NCBI RefSeq assembly: GCF_009914755.1
Contig: NC_060929.1
Reading direction: 5' to 3' (one strand)
DNA length: 64,000 bases
Origin: the human T2T-CHM13v2.0 reference genome, Homo sapiens
Below are positions 30,617 through 44,799 of the stretch, one piece after another. How positions within the stretch are numbered: the stretch's first letter is position 1; every line of letters starts with the position of its first letter. A program made the translations under genes and the position numbers. The notes beneath the pieces were generated by a model, which saw only the letters and a program-made list of their open reading frames with translations, was not told where the DNA came from and ran no database searches.

Positions 30617-32065
30617 GTATTCTGGAGCAATTTGAAACATTTGTTATTATCGGTTGCAGTAAAATATAACTTTGAGATCACATTATATCTATCTATCTAT
30701 CTCTATATATATAGTATATTATCCTTCAATAACCAAATCTATAAATGTATTATGTTATCCTATAAAACCTCTATGCCTTTGACATTTAGAGCCTTCATCT
30801 ACCTAGAATTGATTTTTTTAATAATAGTCATGTTCATACGTATCATTTAAACCATCAACAATTACCCTGCCTATATGTAGTACAGTCTGTTTTTCCATTT
30901 TATTCCACTTCACTTTAAAAAATTCAGATGGGATCCCCAAAACTTATTTCACAATTTACTAATGGATTATATGAAGCTTGAATAACACTGGTCTAGTGGA
31001 AATGTTATGGTTCATCCTTATGTTATTTTTTTTTAAAAAAGAGTTTCTTCTTCCGTTATATTGATTGTTTTTCACAAAACTCATAGAGTTTCCCCTTTTG
31101 TATAGTAATTATGAGTTTTCATCTTTGTTGCATTGAACCATAACATATTCATTGACTATTTCATTTTCAGGATTCCTTTAACTTAATGGCCTGGTAAAGA
31201 TTGAGTCAAAGCCCGTAATATAGCATCCTCATCTCATGCTATCAGATCCACACAGAGCAGGCACATTAGCCAAGTTGTTAGCTGCCCAAATGTGATTTGG
31301 CTCAGGAAGTGTGCATTAGTCACACATTTCCCACAATCATCTACCACATGGAATAGAATCTTCATCTCTTTCAGAGTTGCTCCCTACTTTTAACCAACCC
31401 GAGAGACCAAGTATATCTAGTCTTTCTGGAGGACATTTGGATTCTCCCATGACCCCTTCATCCCACCAAAAAAATGAAGTCTTGTTTCATGGTCCTCATT
31501 AGGCTTTGAGCTCATTTGCCAAAGTGGGATTGTGTATATACTAAGATTTCTGAGTTTTAACTCATAGGTATCTTAGGAAAAGAGCTGCTCCAGAGTCATG
31601 AGGGTGAATTTAGTCTTTCAGCCCCCACAACCTTCCAATACTATTCTCATCTCTCTCCCCTGCTTAATGGTAGTCTTCTCTTTCTTCATGTAGTATCCTT
31701 CTTCACTATTTATGCTTCTTTTTTCCCTTATCTTGTCTTTCTAAAATTTACTCACACTAAGTTATCCCCTTTAAAATGGAAATACTCTTACTAAAAGAAA
31801 CACAGCTGTGGAATTTCAAGCATAAGAAGGCAGTTGGAACATTTAGGAAGGCAGAAGGTGAGCTCATGAAGAGGTTTTGGACAGATTTGCATTACACATT
31901 GAAAACATAAATCTCAGGTTCCGTCACACATATTGAGAGCAAAAGTTACTTGTCAAGAGAAGCAAATAAATCTCACTGGCTTGGATATTATGTTACAGTT
32001 TTTCATAATTTAAATTAGAAATCTGTCTTTAATGCGAGGATTTGTTAGTTAAAAGAAAACAATAT

Positions 32066-32355
32066 AGCCGGATATGGTGGCTCATGCCTGTAATCCCAGC
32101 ATTTTGGGAGGCTGAGCGGGAAGATCACTTGAAGCAAGGAGTTTGAGGCCAGCCTGGCCAACATGGTGAAATCCTGTCTCTACTAAAAATACAAAGAAAT
32201 TAGCTGGGCACAGTGACTCACGCCTATAATCCCGGCTACTCTGCAGGCTCAGGTGGGAGAATCGCTTGAACCTGGGAGGTGGAGGTTACAGTGAGCTAAG
32301 ATGCCACCACATCACTCCAAAGTGAGACCTTGTCAAAAAAAAAAAAAAAAGAAAA
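32066..32355 (+). mobile_element. Alu (J or old S) with small 3' deletion
   Basis: Alu dimer, A tail, flanking aaagaaaacaa repeat. Confidence 0.92.
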
Positions 32356-33216
32356 GAAAGAAAACAAGGTGATTTTTTATTATTGAGTAGATTTACCTCT
32401 CTTGCCTGAAACTGGAAGGTTTTATAAGAACAAATACATTTTAAATATGCTAACTGGGAAGAACATTTTAGATGAGGGAAAATTTAAACTTTCAAAAACT
32501 TCAGCATAAAAATACAAAGACTTTCTTCTTTTGGGAAACTTATATTAAAGAAAAATTGCTAAGTAATCCAAAATTTTGTAAAATTAGGCTCTTGTTTGTA
32601 TGTATGTATTAAAAGTTAATTTATTTAACATATATTTATAAAGTACCAACTAAGTATCAGGAATTTTTCTAAACACTAAAGATACAGCAGGGAACAAGAC
32701 TGATATTTTACCAGCACTTGCTCTAGTTGGGTGACAGAGGAAATAAATGTATATATATATTTCAATGTATATATTTGAAATGGAAGATCAATTCCAGGTA
32801 GTAAGCAATACAGGAAAAAGTTATTTTAAGGATGGGAAAATATAGGTTCTCCAACAGACATAACCATATGAATGAAATTAAATAGTCGTGCCTTTAAAAT
32901 AAATTTGTATTGATTTTCTCATGATTTCTAAAATAAGTTCATTGTAGAAAAGATGGAAATGTATCAAGAGTAAAAATGTCAATATCATGGCTAATCTTTA
33001 CTGAGAATTGCAGCATATGCTTTTATTATAGTGTCTGATTTAATTTTCAGAAACATCCAGTGAAATCAATATATTTACTATCCTCATTTTGTACACAAGA
33101 AAACTGAGACATGGATGACATAACAAGGTCTACATATATTGAATGGCAGCTTTTGAAATAAAAACAAGGTCTATTTATTACATGTCTCTAAGCCCATACC
33201 ATTACCATTACACTAT

Positions 33217-33858
33217 TGTGGTAGGCCAGAAAATCACTCTCCAAATGTGTCTCTACCCTAGTCCATGGATCCTGTGAGTATTGTTATGTTATGTGAGTAT
33301 GTTATGTTAATGGAGGAAGGGACTTTCCAGATGGAATTAAGGTTGCTAATCAGTGGCATTTAACAGGTTCATGGATTATCCAAGTGGATCCAATCTAATT
33401 TCCTCAAGGCCTAAAAAGCAGAGAAGTTTCTCCAGCTGGATTCAGTCAGAGAGATGCCATGGAATAAAAAGTCAGGAAAGGTGTAAATCATGAGACCTCA
33501 CCCACTGTTGCTGGATGTGAAGATGAAAGTAGCCATGAGCCGGAAAGTGTGGCAGTCCTTAGAAGTTGAGAACAACCCTGGCTGACAGCCAGCAAGGAAA
33601 CGGGGACCTGAGTCCTACAGCCACAAGAAGCTGAATTCTTTCAACAACCTAAATGAGCCTAAAGTAGATTCTTCTTCAGAGCCTTCATGTAAGAGCCCTA
33701 GCTGACTAGCACCTTGATTTTGGCATCATGGAACCCAGAGCAGAGAAACGAGCTGGGCCTCCTAGAGTTCTGACTATGGAACTGTGAGATAAATTTGTGT
33801 TGTTCTAAACTATTAACTTTGTGGTAATTTGTTATAGCAACAGTAGATAATAAATGTG
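33217..33858 (+). mobile_element. MLT1E-type MaLR LTR
   Basis: tgtggtaggc start; gacagccagcaaggaaacggggacc; ttgtggtaatttgttatagcaacagtag end. Confidence 0.85.
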
Positions 33859-34784
33859 CTACTCTACTTCTCCTTAAAGAAGCAAAAAAATCTCTAATCC
33901 TGCCACCAAGAGATAATTACTATAAGCATTTTAGTGCATATAGGTTTACCGCTTGTTGTCTATATATAGATATATTGTTATAAGTTTTAGATTATGCTGA
34001 ACATATTATTTTTAACATCCTTTCTTTTAAACCCAACATTTCATGATGAAACTCTTCCCATGTTTTGAAAGTCTTCTAAAAGAATTTTAAATAGCTAATA
34101 CTATTCCGCTGAAGAGTTATACCACAGTTTAATACCCTACTTTGAATATTTGTTTCCATTATTTTATTAATATTCACATAAGCTAGATGTCTAATAGGGC
34201 CTCTTGCCCGCTGAGGTTTAGATAGGTTTTCTTGAAGACACTATTTCCGTAGCCCAAAAGAACTGAAATCTCATGAAACACTTAGGCACTTGCAGCTCAA
34301 AAGTAGTATCCATCTTCTCATGCTATTTCTGGGACATATCACTCTTATTCTGATAAAAGAATTATTTTTAAGTTATCCAGAATAAATTTTCTGCCACTAA
34401 ATCATTAATGACTAATTAAAACTTTATGAAAATATTTTGTATGTGAACCTATATAGACAATGGGGTCAATTTCCTTCTACATTTTCTTATCAGTTAACAT
34501 GATTGACCTTTCCTTAACTGAAGTTGGAAGTCAAAGTTACTGATTAATTTTTTACTGTTTCTTAGCATTGCAATAAATATTCTTATACATACGTCTTTAT
34601 ACATGTTATTATTTCCTTAGGCTAAAAGGCTTTGATCTGGAATACCAAATCGAAAAGTATACACGTTTACAGCTTTTTATTCTTCTTCATAATAACCCAG
34701 TTCTTTTGACAAACGTATTGTTCAAATACAAATCAAATGCTAGAAACTTTATTGGAAATATATTTGCATTAAAAGTCAAAGGAA

Positions 34785-35194
<410 letters not shown>

Positions 35195-36204
35195 TCACAT
35201 TATGTAATGCTTTAGAAAAGCAAGCTGAGGATTTTCTGGTATAAGCACTATATTATAACAACCATCTAGGATTAAATATATTTCTTTAAACAGTTGCCAA
35301 TGTCATGTTGAGTCTGAATTATTCAGGGAGAAATTACAGATGTGCTTCTACTGAACCTCTTATCTTATTACAGCATATTTCCTTCACAAATATTTACTGT
35401 GCAGGAAATAGAAGGGTTGGGCCTATTAGAAAACTTTCTGCATTGCTCATTTCCCTAATTATTAATGAATATTGTTCTCCTAGCATCACAAATTCATTTC
35501 TGAACTCATAATTAAATGACTAATACATATAAGGTTCTGTATCCAGTAAAGGAAATAACCAAATAATTTTCTACATTTGATAGCTTTTGGGTTTATTAAA
35601 AGCACATGACCTCATTCTTTCTGATGCCAATATCAGGGTGCCTTAGAGAGAACTGTTGTGAAAAAAACTTGTCTTTTTTTTGTTGAAATTGATTTCAAAT
35701 ATGAAGCACCAAAATTTACCTTTCTTAAAAGAAACCTTGGTAACTAAAGCCAGTTTTTATTAATTGTAAAAGGAAATTTCTAATTTATTAAGAAAATTAA
35801 TGGCTTGATAAGTACATGGAGAAATTTCTTACAAGCTAAGATTCAGTCATTTCTCTGCTCTCATAAACAGTTATAATAGCTAACTATTTCCACCATTTCC
35901 AAAGAATTGAGAATTTATTTGTTTCTTAATAGAGGATTATCTTCATTGGAATATTCTCACAGATGCAGTATTTTTTTTCTTACAGTGTTCTTATGGGAAA
36001 AAAATCTTACTTATGCTGGATGTGTTTTTAGGTGATGGAAATTCTAGGTGTTAAAAATCCTGGTGACTCTGTAATTATAATGCTTAAATTCCAAGTGAAA
36101 TTGTGCATTTGGTTTGATTCTTGGATAAAACCAGAGCTTTACTCTCAGAGAATATGCTTCTTACTAATTTTGCATTTATGGATCCTGAGTAAGAGAAGCA
36201 TGTT

Positions 36205-36545
36205 CTAAAATCATGGTTCTCCAGCTTTGGTAGGTATCAGAATCTCCTGGGAAGCTTGGTAAAAATAGAAAGGTCTGGGTCCTATCTGAACCCAGTGAAT
36301 CCGTGGCTCCAATTCTCTTGTTGATTCTGTTATACACCAAGTTGGAAAACCACTTTTCTAAAATCCTATTTTAAAGTTTGTTCTTCCCCCCTTTAGTGTG
36401 TGTATGAAAAAACTGAGGACTTTAATAAAATACAGATTCTGACTCAGAGTGGAGCTGGGGTGAAGTCTTAACAATCTATACTGTTGGCAACTACCAAAGT
36501 CATACCTATGCTCTGATCCATAGTCCATATTTTGAGTAGCAAGGC
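36205..36545. mobile_element. Two adjacent MER5-family MITEs
   Basis: atcagaatctcctgggaagcttggtaaaaat...aagttggaaaaccact; aaatacagattctgactcag...ttttgagtagcaagg. Confidence 0.65.
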
Positions 36546-37425
36546 AGAGTCCAAGGGAATGGCTTATATTACTTTTCATACAATATCTTCCTCAGGCCAG
36601 TATGAATAAGTTTCCCACTTCCAGCAGCACTTGCCTAGGAGATATCAAAACTGACTTTTGTATTTTATCACAGCTGGCTCTAAATAGCTTGATATTTTCC
36701 TGAACTTTGAGTGACCTGGATGCCAGATCTTTGCTGAACCTAATTGAAGACACTATTATGAAAAATGAACAATGAGACTATTTTAGCCAAGTGTACACAG
36801 ACCTATGGACTCACTCTGTCCTCTCCAGAGTGCTAGTTTTCCATGCTTAGTATAATTATGAACTCCTTCTCTGCAGTATATAAAAACCTCTGACTTTTCC
36901 CCTTCAGCAAATAACTCTATTAATTGAATTTCCTCATTAGCATGTGTTTCCTTCCCTGACAAGTTAATAGTTTAGTCTTGGTTTGTTACTGTGGTTGTTA
37001 TTGCTGTTGTTGTTATTGTTTTTGCTCTGGAAGGCTTTCTTTTATTATTTGACACCAGGTGTAAGACATAGTATTATCCAGAAAATCTCTGTTGGATCTT
37101 TTATGCCTTTCTCAATCATGTCTGCCTAGGGAACCCTACCCCATCATTAGCTATTTGTGGGTTCACTCAAGTCTCTGTGCCTCAGTTCCAGGTAAGGGAA
37201 AAACATCTTCCCTGAAGATTAGCTGCATCCAGGTAGACTGGCAGTTGAATTCATATTACATACTTGGTCAATGCATGACCAAGAACCTCTAAACTGAGAA
37301 ATAAACTTTACATAGTTCTGTGTTTAATATCCTGGGCATTGGACAAAAGCAGAGGGAAATGGACCCACCATCAAATCAAAGTTACCAAATTATAAAAAAA
37401 TAAACTCCCAAGAGCAAGAGCTAGC

Positions 37426-37433
37426 ACGCACGT

Positions 37434-37463
<30 letters not shown>
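37426..37463. repeat. (CA)n microsatellite
   Basis: Directly visible. Confidence 0.95.
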
Positions 37464-37465
<2 letters not shown>

Positions 37466-37816
37466 ACAATTTGCCTTGTAAGTTTTTTGGTATTACATTT
37501 ATTAGAATCAAAATACAAAATAAGCATACTTTAAATGTGTTTGGAAATGAAAGAAAACAAAAACTTGAACCAAAAAAAAGCAAGAAACAAAAATAACAGA
37601 TGAACTAAATAGATTAAATATACAGGAAGAGAGAATTGATGTGGTAGATTGATTAAAAAATGAACTCAACTCTTCATCCCTCCCTATATTTAAACCCTCT
37701 GCAGTGTGACTTTGCAGAGCTCATTAAATTAGTGGAGTCTATTTTCCTAGTCTTAAAGTCTGGGCTTGCCTTTCGATTGGCTTTGACCAAGAGAATGTGG
37801 CAGAAGTGATAGCATG

Positions 37817-38408
37817 CAGGGCTGACATTCATTAGGCATGAATGTCACAATTCCTAAAATTTCTGGGGACCATAGTACTTTCAGAGGCCCATAAAAGTGT
37901 TTTAATATTAATTTATTTTAAAGTAGAAAAAATGCTAGATGTGGTGGCTCATGTCTATCATTCCGGCACTTTGGGAGACCGAGGTGGGATGATCATTTTA
38001 ACCTACATGTTTGAAACCAGCCTAGGCAACATAGTGAGACTGGGACCTTATCTCCACAAAAAAAAGGTGTAAAAATTAGCCAGGCCCAGTGGCCCTTACC
38101 TGTAGACCCAGCTACTCAGGAGGCTGAGGTGGAAGGATGGCTTGAACCCAGAAGGTCAAGGCTGCAGTGAGCCAAGATCATGCCACTGCACTCCAGCCTG
38201 GGCAACAGAGTGAGACCCTATCTCCAAAAATAATAATAACAATTAATTAAGTAGGAGAAAAAAGATGAAGTTACAGTAATAAGTGTAGCTTGGATCATAT
38301 TAATCTTTCTACCAATACCATTGTAAAACATGATTTTTATACTTTTTAATGAAGTGATGTTTGCAAAGGCAACATATGTAGGGTTCACAAAAATAATAAT
38401 GAAACCTG
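37817..38408. mobile_element. hAT (Tip100-like) MITE containing an AluJ
   Basis: caggg...cctg termini; tactttcagaggcccataaaagtgttttaat. Confidence 0.55.
37935..38245 (+). mobile_element. AluJ
   Basis: Diverged dimer with J-type features (aggtcaaggctgcagtgagc, agtgagaccct). Confidence 0.9.
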
Positions 38409-38730
38409 ATAGGAGCTTGAGACTTGGCCTCAATGGTCCTGCTCTATCACAGCCCCATAACCACCATGAGAATATGCCTAGGCTAGCCTGATGAGAGAGT
38501 ACCCAGAGAAGAGCTGAGTCATCTTAGTTGAGACCCCAGACATTTTGGCTAAAACCAGCCAAAATCTGCAAAGCCAACCCACAGCTTCCTTCAGACACCT
38601 AAGTGAATCTAACTGAGATCACAAGGATCAGCCTGCTGACTTGGTTCATGAGCAATAGTAATACATACTCATTGTTTTAAGCTGCTGAGTTTCAGAATGG
38701 TTTGTTATGCAGCAGTGATAAACTGATACA

Positions 38731-39070
38731 ATTAGTGAACTGAAAGAAGATTCCTGTAACGAAACCAAGAGACATAACGTGAAATTATAAAATTAAAAGC
38801 ATGAAAGATAAGAATAAAATACTTTCAAATACATTTGTTTAGAATTCTCCGTGGCAGCTACAGAGAGATTATTTTCAAAATGACGATGACTAAGCTTTTT
38901 AGAATTGATAAAGAGTATATAAATTGTAGATTTAGTAAGGACAATAAATCCCAAATAGTGAAATAAGAAGAATCCATATTACAAACATTATAGTGGAAAG
39001 TAAAACATCGAAAACAAAATGTATTTAAAACAGAAAGAGAGTAAACATTACTAAGTGCAGACAGCGTCAC
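38731..39070 (+). mobile_element. Old L1M ORF1-region fragment (continues from ~37560-37639)
   Basis: gaagagagaattga | attagtgaactgaaaga; acattatagtggaaagtaaaac. Confidence 0.55.
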
Positions 39071-39309
39071 AAATGTATGTCAGGTAATAGAAAGCTTTTT
39101 ATAGGCACTGTCGAGGTGCAAAGCCATGCAAATTCTACTTAACCCATCTACTCTTCCCTGATCATCTAACCTGTGAAGGTTTTATCTCTCTTCTGATTTT
39201 TGAAGACTCCATGTGGGAATCTCTTATGTTGTACGTATCTCATAATTCTTAGTATCATCATTATTTCTGCACAAGTCTAAACTTTTTTCTTTGACTAGAG
39301 ATTTCTTAA

Positions 39310-40390
<1,081 letters not shown>

Positions 40391-42284
40391 GAAAACTTTT
40401 TTATTTTTTGTTTTTTTGATTGCAGTTCTTTTTCCTCGTTTTATTGTGAAAAATTTCAACTCTTCAAATACACAGAAGAGTTGAAAGAACAATACGATGA
40501 ATACTTGTATACCCAGCACCTAGATTCAATTGTTAACATGAAAACTTTTTTAATAAGGGAAATTACCTCTTTTAATTCAAAAGCATCTTATAAAATAGTA
40601 GTAATACCAATACATTGTTATTTGCTGTTGGATAGTCTTATCAAAATATTGTTTTCATATTTTCCCACATTATTTAGTCAAAACATTAAAATATGTGATT
40701 GCTGGTAGCTCGCTGTTTTACTAACTCTGTATATTTTCACATTAAAACATTACATTCTAGTTAATAGCAGTACATCAACATAGAAAGTGACTAAAGTAAG
40801 CAACAGGGCATGTCTACAAGAAGAGTGATTGTTAAGAATGCTTTTCAAAATCTCATTATGTAAGGTTCAATACATGTTTAATATAATTGTAATTCTTGAT
40901 GCAGATATGATTTGATCTACAGACACATGCTTTCTCTCTATCTTGCTAACATTTACTTTGCAATATTGGATAGATAAGTATTCACTTCCTACATTATTAA
41001 GCACATGTAAATGCTATTCACAGCTGTGCCCAGTAGTACATAGTGATTACCTCTTTTTTCCTGCATATTTGCTTTTTCTCTAGTGATTACAGTTGTCGTA
41101 ATTTTTTACTTACTGAAATTTCTTTGTACATTTTTTAACAATTCAGACCCAAGTTTTCTCCAAAGTTTGTAAATACCTCATCAATACATTTCAGCACATT
41201 AATTATTTTATCAATGTGATTATTTTGAAACAATCTCTCCTGAACCCCCTGACTTTGCATATCTTGGCTGATTGGCCTTTTTTGTGTGTGACTAAATGAT
41301 CCTCTAGGGCAAGGATTGTATTTTTATGTCTTTAAAGTTCTCACTGCCAGCATAGTGACTTGCATATTGTCAGCTTTCAGTAAACTACTCAACAAATGAT
41401 GCCACTACTGCAAGAGGAAAGCAAATGGAGAAGCTATGGGACTGAACCACTTACTCCAGAACATTCTAGTCAACTGACTACAGAAAGCTTTTATTACCTC
41501 TGGCCTGTAGTAATAGGACAGCCTAGATCTGTGATTTTTGCCTCTTGAATCTGTGCAAACAACTGGCAGTTCCACTCATTTAATTGACCTGTTACTTGGG
41601 TATAACATAGCTACTGTGCACTACATACTTGTTTGAATTGGCAACTAGAAAATCATTCAATATCCTTCTTAGTCTATGAGTCTTCTATTTTACATAAATA
41701 GTTAATGAAAAAAACCACATAAGTACCATTTTATTATCATGACCTGCAGAACACATTTCAATATCTCTGAAAGTAACCAATGCAGGAAGGCTTTGATCTT
41801 CCAAAATCAAGGGAGAGAATCTTGTTTCTTTCAACATAATTGGAAACCACACCACAAGTCAAATGTACTAATACCTGAGAAACGCAATTATATGATTATT
41901 TTACAAATTTTATGTTTGTTTCTTTCATCCTAACCATGGAAAATGGCATGTTTATAATATAAGTAGTACAATGGAAAAGCAAAGAGCAGATAGAATCTAA
42001 AATATGGAGACCCAACCCTAAGACCTAGTTATGAAAGCCTGGCAGACTTCTCAGAGTCTCTATTATTTCATATAAAAAATAACAATAATACTAACTTTAA
42101 CTTCCAGGATTTCTTTGACCATATGAAAAGACAAAGAGTATTATAAAAATTTGTAAATCTTGGGGCACATTGAAAACAAAATACACTTTCATCAGGTATT
42201 TTAGATAGAACCATGGTATAAACATTTACAACGTATATGAGAAAACAATAAAAGATCATAGACAATGAAATACTGTAAAGTGTC

Positions 42285-42497
42285 AGGGAACAGGCATGGT
42301 TTAAAAGCATGAGATCTATAGACAATCTACCTGGGTTCAAATCCCAGCTCTAATATATACTGGCTGAGTGATTATAGATAATTTGCATATCCTTACCTTT
42401 ATCCATTTTTCTGTAAATTTGAAATATTAATAGTATCCATCCCACAAGGTTGTAAGTCAAATGAGTGTGTAAAGCATGTAGCTTGATGCCTAGTGTA
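42285..42497 (+). mobile_element. MIR
   Basis: acctgggttcaaatcccagctct...tgtgtaaagcatgtagc. Confidence 0.75.
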
Positions 42498-42794
42498 TGA
42501 ATATGATGCCACATCTTTTTAAATTATAATTTCATAAATTAAGCATAACCTTGAAATGGATTACATTTTTAGCTAATCTAGAATGGAAACTATACTACTT
42601 GTTATGTTATTTCCTCTTTGTTTGTAATCATACAGTAAAGATTAGACATTTTTAATTATTATTGCTCAACAATAGTATTAGAGTTCAATTTACCTTAATC
42701 CTTCTTTATAAATCTAGAATATTCTGTGGCACTATTTTGTAGTTGTAAGGAAATATGCAGTTATTTTATTAAAACCACTGATGTCACATTATAA

Positions 42795-42970
42795 CATCAG
42801 AATTTTAAGCCAAAATTAAACTTTAGGGAAGATTTAATCTAAAAACCTCAATTTTCAGATGGAAAACTGAAGCACAGAGAGTCCATTTACTTGATTTACT
42901 TGATTAAGACCACTTGTTAGTGGCAGAGTTTACAGTAGAATCCAGGGCCTTTGACACAGATTGCTGCTTT
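42795..42970 (-). mobile_element. MIR/MIR3
   Basis: attttcagatggaaaactgaagcacagagag...gttagtggcagag. Confidence 0.7.
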
Positions 42971-43598
42971 CTGGATACCTTCAGTTATCTCCAAAGGTGT
43001 ACCAGAAACAAATGATTTTCCAAATTGTTAGAATTACTAGTATACATAGCTGCCTTAGCATGGGCCTTTTGTGTACATTCTTCTCAATGAACTTATTCAC
43101 TAGAATATAAAAGAATGTTTCAAATAAGTATACATATACATATACATACATGCCTACGCATACACAAAGTTATGTATTATATGTGTGCATACTGGAAGAT
43201 AGGCACATTTTTCAACAGTTATCTGTAGTCACTTACTGGAAGTAGAGATGCCTTGAGAAATTGAAACAATAACTCATAATGTATTTTCAATTAGCTGATG
43301 CAACTTCTTTTCATGTTGAAGCTTGAAATACTAGCTAAATCCACTTACACTTGCTTAAGTTTTGAAGTATGACAATCCCCATCTGAAATGAGGATACAGA
43401 ATAACTGGCTTTGTATTTACTCTACAATCTATTGTTTCCTTCAAGGAGGTCTTTTTAGCATCACTCCCATAAAAAATAGTAAAATTAAACAGAAAAAAGA
43501 GAGGCAATTGAAATACAATAACCTGTAAATAGCTTCAACAGCTTCTCAGAAATGAGTAATTTCTATCTGGGAAAAAGGATCCATAAAAACTCAAAGCA

Positions 43599-43940
<342 letters not shown>

Positions 43941-44799
43941 TCATGAGTTTCCCTGTGTGATTCGAAAGATGGCAGGTTTATCCACACATAGGATATAATG
44001 AACCAGGACAATCGCCCCAGCACAGTCTTGGGGGGACCTCATGCATGCTACTGCTGCTAAGGTAGATGAGTAGAGACTGAGTAAACCAACCACTGAGGAG
44101 AATAACGTCTCAACTAGCTCATTCTGCCATCAAGGAAGCTTCTTGGTGTTTGCTTTAATCTGATTTTACATGGATCCCATGCTGTGGCAACTTGAAGGCA
44201 GAGAAAAACAAGATAATCTGTCCTGAGCTCTGTGTGTCCCAATGGCATTTTTTAAATCTTTGAAATCCCGTTTTAAAAGTGCTGAAAAGTAGAGTTCACT
44301 GATAAGAAATGAATGTGATGTTGTATCTTTTCTAACTATAATTTTATAAATTAGCATAACCTTGAACTGGGATTAAATTTTAAACAAATCTAGAGCAGGA
44401 ATTATCCTACTTTTTAATCTTCTTTCCTGACTCATTGTCTTGCCCATGAGGACCCTCAGTAAACTGGAACACAACCTCAACCCAGTGCTTTTTCTACTCA
44501 GCATGGACTGCCTCCTGAATTCATTCATGTATGCTCTCTCCTAAGCCGTCATGCACATTGTCCTTTATGCCTTCAACATATTATTCTTTTTGTCATAAAT
44601 CTGGCTTGAGTGCAGCTAACAAGCAAAGCATTCAGTCTCTTCATGGCTGTGGCTCTGTTTAAGAAAGTATATATCTTTATTTTCAATATATAGTTAGTTG
44701 TTGGGGTTTTTTTTTAATAGAAGTTCCTTTACTTAGCCTATTTCTCAAAGGATAATTTTACACCTGTTGGAAGAAAACCAAGAATACAAAGGCCCTATG

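Larger units (their letters stand above)
37640..38730 (+). mobile_element. MLT1H-like LTR, split by a hAT MITE and an Alu
   Basis: tgtggtagattgatt start, tttgttatgcagcagtgataaactgataca end. Confidence 0.75.

Noticed and set aside
36600-37050. Possible ancient LTR (TATA-like tataaaaacc)
   Set aside because: No termini or family could be assigned
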